Source: Akkermansia muciniphila
Lineage (GTDB): Bacteria; Verrucomicrobiota; Verrucomicrobiia; Verrucomicrobiales; Akkermansiaceae
Reading direction: 5' to 3'
Length of the DNA: 64,000 nt
Assembly: GCA_945860285.1 (NCBI GenBank)
Contig: CAMAQB010000004.1
Span: 12,164-76,163, forward strand
Shown: in pieces, positions 57,938 through 64,000 of the stretch
Layout of the letters: each line of letters opens with the position of its first letter
How positions within the stretch are numbered: the stretch's first letter is position 1
Notes under the pieces: generated by a model
Database searches by the model: none
Seen by the model: only the letters and a program-made list of their open reading frames with translations
Told to the model about the DNA's origin: nothing
Made by a program: the position numbers and the translations under genes

Positions 57938-60900
57938 ATGGCGAATCAACAAACGACGACGACCGCTAATGTGGTGGTGCAAAGCTCCGGCATCGGTAAA
58001 TTAAAAAGCCAGTGGGCGGATTTCACGGGATCGTTATTGGAGCCGATCGCAATTTTAGCGTCGGGTGGATCTAAGGTGCAAGCGTTGTGGGCTGGGGTGC
58101 GCTCTATATTTATGGCAAAAGTTCTCGGGCCGCTGGAGCTGGGGGTGGGAGCATCGCTGGCGTTCTTGGTGATGACGAAGCGATTGGTGAGCGCGTGGAA
58201 GGAGCTGGGTATGTCCTCGGCGGCGACGCTGGAGCGGATGACGCTACAGTTCCGGCCATTGCTCGGTAGCATGGAGCGAGCGCGTGATCGGGTGAAGGAG
58301 CTGATGGAGTTCACGGAGCGGACACCCTTCCGATTGGAGGAAACGGCGGAGGCGAATAAAATTTTAGAAGCGCTGACAAAGGGCGCATTGTCAGGGCGCG
58401 AGGGCATGTTGTTAGTCGGTGATGCGGCGGCGGTGGCGGGGGTGGGACTATCCGAGGCGGCACGTTATACGGGACGGCTGTATGACGGGCTGATGAGTGG
58501 CCGGCCAGTGGGTGAAGCTGCCATGCGATTGCAGGAGATGGGTATCATCACGGGGCAAACGCGGAATCAGATTGAGAGCTTGCAGGCGACGAATACGAGC
58601 GGGTTGGCGATTTGGCGAATGGTGCAGGCAGAGATGGCGAAAAATAAGGGCGCGATGGATGATATGAGCGTATCGCTGGAGGGCCTACAATCGACGTTTG
58701 AGGACACGAAGATGAGTCTGCAAGCGGGCTTCAGCGAAAATTTCATGGAGGGGGAAAAGGCGGGTATCAAGAGCAGCATTGCGCTGATGAAGCTGATTCA
58801 GCCAGTGGCGGAAGAAATGGGGAAAGCCTTTGGCGAATTGAGTAATTGGTGGGCGAATTTGAAAAACAAGGCGGTGGAAAGTGCGACGACTATCCAGGGG
58901 CTGGGCACGACGATCACGTGGTTGGTGAAGGGTCTGCTCGGATTTGCTGGTGCGTTAGCTTTAACGGGCGGGGTGGCAATGGCGGGATTTATCGCCAAGA
59001 TTTTATTAGTGGCGGCGGGAAATAAGGCTGCGGCGCAATCGCAGGTAATGCTGAATGCGGTGCAAGGCAGTAGCGTGGGAGTAATGGCAAAGCTGACCTC
59101 GATGAAGAATAGTGCGCTGGCGGCGATCCGTGCGAATGCGGCGGGGCTGAGAGCGGAAGCTGCTGCGCACATGCAGGCAGCGGGAGCAGCGGGGCGAAAC
59201 ATCGTGGCGACGAATGGGGTGACGGCGGCGACGCGGGTGGCATCTCTATCGTTTAAGGGCATGGGCATGGCGCTGCGGTTTGTGGGGGCGCAGTTCAAGT
59301 TGCTGGCAGTTTCGATGCTGACGAATCCCCTGTTTTTGGTTATAGCAGCATTGGTCGCGGTGGGAATAACGCTCAAGCATTTTAGCGATCAAACGGCGGC
59401 GGCGAAAAAGCAGCAGGATGATTATGCGAAAAGCACGGACGCGCTGATGAGTAAGATGACGCGCGAATCGAGGGAGATCCGCACGAAGATCGATCTGCGC
59501 CGTCAGGAGGCCGCGGCGATCGGAGAACTCGGGAAAGCGTATGCGGCACTGGAGGGGGCTGATGATGCCAAGATGAAGTCGCTAGCAAATGAGCGGATTG
59601 ATAAATTACGAAAACAGCTGGAAGGAATTCGCGGAAAAAGCGGCATAGTTGAAAAATCAGAAAACCAATATGGCCGCGATGCGGAAAACCGGGCGGATAG
59701 CGTGGCAGCAGATCGATCGGGTGAAGATATATTTTCAGAGAGAGGGCCGGAGCAAGCGTTGGCGATTGCAGAAAAAAGGCTGGCGGTGATCGAGGAGAGA
59801 AGGCGTGCGGCGATTGAATTAGAACAACTGGAAGCGGCCGCCGAGAAGCGGGCGGATGCGGCGGTGGTGGCCGGTCAGGAGAACTTGCTTCGTGAGCAGC
59901 AGATCATGCGGGAGATGGCGGTGCTGAATGAGGGGTTGGCAAATCATGGCAAAGGATGGGAAACGGCGGGTGAAACTCAGGACCGCCATAAAAAGCAGCG
60001 CGCGAAAAAAGCAGAGTTAGAAGCCGAGCTTGTAGGAATCCGCATGAATCAACAAGGCGGGGGCGCGGAGTTGTCTGCACAGCTCAATAGTGGCAGTGAG
60101 CAAATGGCGCTGAATGCAAAAATCGCGGCGTATGACCAAATGATGGAAGCGGCGAAAGAGGTGGAGGATGCGAATGTCGCTGTCGCTAATGCGGAAAAAG
60201 ATGGTCTGGCCGCTGCGAAAGAGAGCCTGGATATAGCACTTCAACGGGCGGCGGTGGCGAATGGCGTAGCTGGCCAGGCGGGAGTGATAGGCTGGGGCGC
60301 GGGCAATCGCAAAGAAGGTGTGGATAAAGTGAGTGAACTGGAAACCCGGCGGAGCGAGGATATCTCCACCGATCGCAAAATCAAGGCGGCGGCGGAAACA
60401 AAAAAATTAGCGTATGATGTGATGCGCGCACGACTGGATGGTGAGGCGGCGGTGGACAGTATTCGCTTAAGGGGTGATGAGCGCGAAGCGAAATTATTAG
60501 AGATCGAAAGGGAAAAGCTGGAGCTGAAAAAACAAAGTAACCTGATCGGTGCGCAAGCGTATGATCGGGAGAGCGAGAGTCTCAATGCTAAGGCCGAGGC
60601 TCTGAAGAAAGAGTCGAAGGAAAAGCGCGAGATCATGGTGCAGGGAATGGTGCTCGGTAAATTGCAGCGGGCGATGGCAGAGGCGCAGTTGAAGGGTGAC
60701 GCGAAGGGCGCGAAAAATCTGCGTGATGAAATAGCGCGGCGTGAAAAGGCGGCGGAGCAAGCTGCGGCGGAGCGGGACTCAAAGGAGATCGGCGGCAAGG
60801 GAAATCAGGAAGAATATGTAAAGCTGCGGATGGCTGCATTTACGGAGCAGCAAAAAATGGAAGAAGACGCACGGAAGCGTAATGAAAAGGAAAGCCAGAG

Positions 60901-61303
60901 AGCGACGCGTGCTGATGTTCAATCCGGTGTGGTGGGAGTGCAGGCGCGGGTGCTGAAGATGCAAGGCAATCATGATGGCGCGAAAGCGATGCTAAAGGAA
61001 GATCAGGCAAAGCAGGACGAGCTGGCACGGGCTGCGCGCGCAAAGGCTCTTCGCGCCGATGGATTTAGCAAGGGAGAAGCCTCGGCCTTGGCGAGAGATG
61101 AAATGAAGTCAAAGCAGGGGGAGCGGATTCTTAACAAGCTATTCGATCAAAAGGGAACCGTGGTGGCGGGGAGCATGGCACAGATCGGCGGCGGTGGCGG
61201 GGTGTATGGAAATGACCCACAAGCGAGAGCGCTAGAAAAAGCGACGCGGGTGCTGGAGCAGATCCGCGATAATACGGTGAAGACGGTGGAGGATGCTTGG
61301 TGA
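57938..61303 (+). CDS. Phage tail tape measure protein
   Basis: 1121 aa. Hydrophobic segments near residues ~320-480 (GLGTTITWLVKGLLGFAGALALTGGVAMAGFIAKILLVAAG; LTNPLFLVIAALVAVGITL) and very long Ala/Glu/Lys/Arg-rich helical regions. Canonical position in a siphovirus tail module. Confidence 0.8.
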   Translation: MANQQTTTTANVVVQSSGIGKLKSQWADFTGSLLEPIAILASGGSKVQALWAGVRSIFMAKVLGPLELGVGASLAFLVMTKRLVSAWKELGMSSAATLERMTLQFRPLLGSMERARDRVKELMEFTERTPFRLEETAEANKILEALTKGALSGREGMLLVGDAAAVAGVGLSEAARYTGRLYDGLMSGRPVGEAAMRLQEMGIITGQTRNQIESLQATNTSGLAIWRMVQAEMAKNKGAMDDMSVSLEGLQSTFEDTKMSLQAGFSENFMEGEKAGIKSSIALMKLIQPVAEEMGKAFGELSNWWANLKNKAVESATTIQGLGTTITWLVKGLLGFAGALALTGGVAMAGFIAKILLVAAGNKAAAQSQVMLNAVQGSSVGVMAKLTSMKNSALAAIRANAAGLRAEAAAHMQAAGAAGRNIVATNGVTAATRVASLSFKGMGMALRFVGAQFKLLAVSMLTNPLFLVIAALVAVGITLKHFSDQTAAAKKQQDDYAKSTDALMSKMTRESREIRTKIDLRRQEAAAIGELGKAYAALEGADDAKMKSLANERIDKLRKQLEGIRGKSGIVEKSENQYGRDAENRADSVAADRSGEDIFSERGPEQALAIAEKRLAVIEERRRAAIELEQLEAAAEKRADAAVVAGQENLLREQQIMREMAVLNEGLANHGKGWETAGETQDRHKKQRAKKAELEAELVGIRMNQQGGGAELSAQLNSGSEQMALNAKIAAYDQMMEAAKEVEDANVAVANAEKDGLAAAKESLDIALQRAAVANGVAGQAGVIGWGAGNRKEGVDKVSELETRRSEDISTDRKIKAAAETKKLAYDVMRARLDGEAAVDSIRLRGDEREAKLLEIEREKLELKKQSNLIGAQAYDRESESLNAKAEALKKESKEKREIMVQGMVLGKLQRAMAEAQLKGDAKGAKNLRDEIARREKAAEQAAAERDSKEIGGKGNQEEYVKLRMAAFTEQQKMEEDARKRNEKESQRATRADVQSGVVGVQARVLKMQGNHDGAKAMLKEDQAKQDELARAARAKALRADGFSKGEASALARDEMKSKQGERILNKLFDQKGTVVAGSMAQIGGGGGVYGNDPQARALEKATRVLEQIRDNTVKTVEDAW

Positions 61304-61477
61304 GCAGACGCTGTGTCTCGTCTTGGTCGGCGCGAAGGCCGGATTCGCTGCCTAACGATGAGCGCATGCACCACTACCAGCAGCGGCGGGCATCGATCAC
61401 GGGGTTATTATTGTAATTACGGAAAATCATCGAAACAGGGCGACTGGTAGTGGTTGTCATGACGCGGCTTGTTGGGC

Positions 61478-62311
61478 TTATTTATTCTGCTGGAAGATGG
61501 AGTGGAAATCCTTCAGTAACTCAGCCTTAAGGACAATACCCAGATTGTTGGGAATTCCTGCGATACTCACAGCCTTCTGGTGGACGGGAATTGTCACCAC
61601 TCGGACATCACCCTCAACTGTGTGTTGCGGCCCAGCGTAAAGAACGCCTAGCAACTTGATACGCGATCCCATGACAATTTCATTGCGTCTTAAATATGAC
61701 CCTGCATCAAAGACGAGAACTGGCGATCCACTCGATCCCGGAAAACAAGCAGCATCAATCAAAAACTCCTTCTTGCCGTTCCAGTCTTTGTCGTAGGCGG
61801 AGGCCAAAACACCACGGCGAAAGATTGGTAAGTTGTTCGTGCTATCCCACAGGCCATTCGGATAGCCCACCATGGTAATCGACTCAATCCCCACAAAATC
61901 CTCAACATCTGCTGGAGTCGGCAGGAGTGAATCATCAAACCCAATGTAGAAAAACTTCACGCCTCGGCTCTCAGCATGATGGAGAAGTGGGGCGATCGGC
62001 ATGATCGCTAAGTCAATATTGGGGTCAGGATGTCTGATCCACCTCGAATCAAACGAGTCAAATTCGAACGTCTCATGCCTTCCATAATCCGGCATGCCTT
62101 CTGAATCCTGAAGCGTCATCAAAAATCGCCCCTTGGAAGCGCCATCGATAACATGTCGATTTGTGACTATGGCCGGCACATGTTGACCTCCATCGATTGC
62201 GAAGCTGTAAAAGAATCCAGAACCCGTGCCACGTCCTCCGTCGGGATAGTCAGTCTCAATCCGCACTGTGCTGTGGGAGAGTTCTTCAATAGGCGTAAGT
62301 TTGCGTTTCAT
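61478..62311 (-). CDS. Trypsin-like (S1/chymotrypsin-fold) serine protease, cytoplasmic; moron-like insert
   Basis: Triad contexts IVTNRHVIDG (His), NIDLAIMPI (Asp), CFPGSSGSPVLVF (Ser). No signal peptide. Opposite strand to all other island genes and visibly lower GC. The track start 62356 is TTG; the ATG is at 62311 (MKRKLTPIEE...). Confidence 0.75.
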   Translation of the reverse strand: MKRKLTPIEELSHSTVRIETDYPDGGRGTGSGFFYSFAIDGGQHVPAIVTNRHVIDGASKGRFLMTLQDSEGMPDYGRHETFEFDSFDSRWIRHPDPNIDLAIMPIAPLLHHAESRGVKFFYIGFDDSLLPTPADVEDFVGIESITMVGYPNGLWDSTNNLPIFRRGVLASAYDKDWNGKKEFLIDAACFPGSSGSPVLVFDAGSYLRRNEIVMGSRIKLLGVLYAGPQHTVEGDVRVVTIPVHQKAVSIAGIPNNLGIVLKAELLKDFHSIFQQNK

Positions 62312-62474
62312 ATATTTTACCCAACAGTATAATTCGTTCAGAAGAAGATTAATCAAATTTAACGATTTAAAAAAGAATTCTTATGATAATTTTGCAAACC
62401 CTTTATTCATAAGGGGAAAACTTCTGTAGTCACAGATGTTTGAATACTTAGACAACAGAACAATCGTGGCTAAG

Positions 62475-62495
62475 CATCTGTGATTTCCACAGATG
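62475..62495. promoter_or_regulatory. Operator-like inverted repeat CATCTGTG-N5-CACAGATG
   Basis: Perfect 8-bp arms in the divergent region between the protease gene and the gene starting at 62566. A third half-site CACAGATG is at 62431-62438. Confidence 0.4.
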
Positions 62496-62565
62496 CCGCA
62501 ATGAACCGCCTCGCCTCACCCGCCTCGCCTCAGTGGTCTGCCGCAGTTGACTGGGAGCGTAGAGC

Positions 62566-63285
62566 ATGTTGGCTCATGGGAGTAATGGTCTAGTGCTGGA
62601 GCATAGCGGCAAGCTGAAAAGTGACCGTTATGGATTGTGGACGGGACGCTTGCGTTTTAGTATGCCGGCGACTCGCCCAGAATTGCTGCCTGCGGTGGGA
62701 AGTGTGCACCCTGGGGTGAGTTGGATGCATTGCGAGGATCGTGATATCACGCTGACTCCTGGGCGGTGGCTGGTGGATTGCAGCTATGTGGGCACGGATG
62801 CGATCGATACGACGGCGGTGTATGAGCTGCAGCGGAATACGAATACGGAGCCGATCGAGACTCATGAAAAATTCGTAACGCATATTGCAGGGAAGCCGAG
62901 CGCCCCGCTGAACGGAGCATTGTTTGTGGATGAAGATGGCACCCCGACGGCGGATGATAAGCGAGGATTGTTTCACCGTTTCATCGCGGTAAAGCCTGAT
63001 GGAAGTCGGAATCGATTTGCGGGAATGACGGGGTTTTTATCGCCAAGCAGCACGCAGTGGGTGAAGTCGTGGACGAGCCGAACGAAGCCGACCGATGGGG
63101 GTGGTGTAGGGAAAATCGATACGCCGGAGGGAGGGGCTACGAGCTTCGCGGGCTGCGACTGGCTTTATGTGGGAATGCAATTTTCTGAGCGAGTGGGCGT
63201 CTATAGCATACGGAAGTCGTGGATGCTGAGTGGCCGCGGCGGCTGGATTCCAGAAGTCTATGAGCCTGACGGAGCCACTTCTTAG
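62566..63285 (+). CDS. Hypothetical phage tail protein (distal-tail position)
   Basis: 239-aa ORF, the first same-strand gene after the tape measure gene. A GTTGAC box 19 nt upstream supports ATG 62566. No family recognised. Confidence 0.5.
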   Translation: MLAHGSNGLVLEHSGKLKSDRYGLWTGRLRFSMPATRPELLPAVGSVHPGVSWMHCEDRDITLTPGRWLVDCSYVGTDAIDTTAVYELQRNTNTEPIETHEKFVTHIAGKPSAPLNGALFVDEDGTPTADDKRGLFHRFIAVKPDGSRNRFAGMTGFLSPSSTQWVKSWTSRTKPTDGGGVGKIDTPEGGATSFAGCDWLYVGMQFSERVGVYSIRKSWMLSGRGGWIPEVYEPDGATS

Positions 63286-63291
63286 CGGTTG

Positions 63292-63307
63292 ACCGTTACG
63301 TAATGGT
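63292..63307. repeat. Island palindrome, one-mismatch copy ACCGTTACGTAATGGT
   Basis: 15 of 16 positions identical to the copies at 57230 and 57922. Ends 1 nt before ATG 63309. GTTGAC box at 63288-63293. Confidence 0.85.
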
Positions 63308-63308
63308 G

Positions 63309-64000
63309 ATGAGTGATTTTTTATCCAAGTTAACTCCGGTGAAACGAGGGATGAGCCCGGCGCAGCTGGCGAGTCCGGAGCGCATCGAGGCGCTGCAACA
63401 GGCAATCGTGGCACTGTGGGAGGGGCGGAACCTGACGACTCGAGGCGTGCCTGTGAGCAGCGGTGCTAGTAGTCGCCATGGGCGGCGGTTCGTGCCGCTG
63501 TTCGCGCATGGGAAGTTACGGATCGGCCTGGGGACGGTGGCCTTAAAGCAATCACTAACGCCACTGATTGAGCCGCATTACCCGCTATTCAACGAGGTGA
63601 AGATTGATGCGGATGAGGCCCCAGCGATGGATTTGGCGGATATGGCAGCAGGCGATTATCAGATTGTTTTGCTTTGCAGTAGTAATAGCCGGATTGTAGT
63701 GCAGCTAGTCAGCGAGGAGATTGTAAAAGAGGAGGATGAGCAAGCCGTGCAACTGGCGACGTTCACAATGGGAGCGGGCGCGGTGGGTGTGGTGGAGGAT
63801 GTGCAGCACTTATGGCGGAGTGATGTATTTATTTCCAGGGGGGCGTGCCCATTTGGTGATGTGTTCGTGTTGTTGGAAGGTGAGATCGCGACTACTTATC
63901 TCTCGGGGGGAGTGTTGACGGGTGGCGAAACCAATGATGTGATCGCCGATATTGAGATAGACCTAGGAAGTCCAAATGGCACTTGGCTTTGGATGTTGGT
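63309..64000 (+). CDS. Hypothetical phage protein, N-terminal 230 aa (continues beyond window)
   Basis: Own translation MSDFLSKLTPVKRGMSPAQLASPERIEALQQAIVALWEGRNL... is open to the window end, so it is absent from the track. An in-frame ATG at 63303 is an alternative start. Confidence 0.6.
   Translation, partial: MSDFLSKLTPVKRGMSPAQLASPERIEALQQAIVALWEGRNLTTRGVPVSSGASSRHGRRFVPLFAHGKLRIGLGTVALKQSLTPLIEPHYPLFNEVKIDADEAPAMDLADMAAGDYQIVLLCSSNSRIVVQLVSEEIVKEEDEQAVQLATFTMGAGAVGVVEDVQHLWRSDVFISRGACPFGDVFVLLEGEIATTYLSGGVLTGGETNDVIADIEIDLGSPNGTWLWML

Larger units (their letters stand above)
55157..64000 (+). mobile_element. Phage-derived island (prophage part or tail-only element); left border at tRNA-Val, right border beyond window
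   Basis: The gene set switches to phage functions directly after the tRNA: amidase, tail module with tape measure protein, moron-like insert. It carries island-specific sequence motifs and AT-rich non-coding stretches. No integrase is present at this junction. Confidence 0.8.

Noticed and set aside
63914-63942. Seventh GTTGAC-N14-ATG (TTGAC 63915, ATG 63934) inside the last ORF
   Set aside because: This ATG is followed by ATG TGA, giving a 2-codon frame, and it is out of frame with the surrounding ORF. It is probably chance, or at most a tiny upstream-ORF-like element, and is not evidence of a gene start.
1-64000. CRISPR arrays, rRNA genes, transposases/IS elements and integrase
   Set aside because: There are no regularly spaced direct repeats, no rRNA-like sequence, and no DDE transposase or tyrosine/serine recombinase motifs in any frame I examined. 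The only repeat families are the short island motifs reported above.

Overview
High-GC (~60%) bacterial chromosome segment. Gene content suggests the PVC superphylum, probably Verrucomicrobiota. This is an inference from sulfatase density, DUF1080, a PEP-CTERM protein and ECF-sigma/Ser-Thr-kinase pairing.

Positions 1-54.9 kb are ordinary chromosome:
- four Cys-type sulfatases plus a DUF1080 protein
- tsaB, citrate synthase and a DUF58 protein
- a Fur-family regulator followed by sufC-sufB-sufD
- GNAT, bamA, a DsbD-N-like protein, DUF4126 and a ROK fructokinase
- a conserved but functionally unsolved transglutaminase / circularly-permuted ATP-grasp / alpha-E / transglutaminase cluster with a good sigma-54 promoter match
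- a TIM-barrel isomerase, a PEP-CTERM subtilase, small genes, panB and recA
- an ECF-sigma / Ser-Thr-kinase-FGE-domain / OsmC operon facing a 626-aa coiled-coil protein
- a PfkB kinase, a 2-hydroxyacid dehydrogenase, an RND efflux pair and kup
- two tiny Cys-rich lipoprotein-like ORFs, glgB, cls, and queE-queC-purB

At 55,082 a tRNA-Val(GAC) marks the border of a phage-derived island that runs to the window end. The island encodes an amidase, a siphovirus-type tail module with a 1121-aa tape measure protein, and a low-GC, reverse-oriented trypsin-like protease. No head or integrase genes are visible.

The most unusual signal is in the island. Every gene that follows a gap has GTTGAC 19 nt (20 nt in one case) upstream of its ATG. 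A 16-bp palindrome ACCGTTACGTAACGGT (perfect twice, near-perfect twice) occurs four times, three of them abutting start codons.

The ORF track uses ATG/GTG/TTG and the most upstream start, so several starts were moved downstream. Many long track ORFs are antisense shadows of real genes. No CRISPR array, rRNA or transposase was seen.
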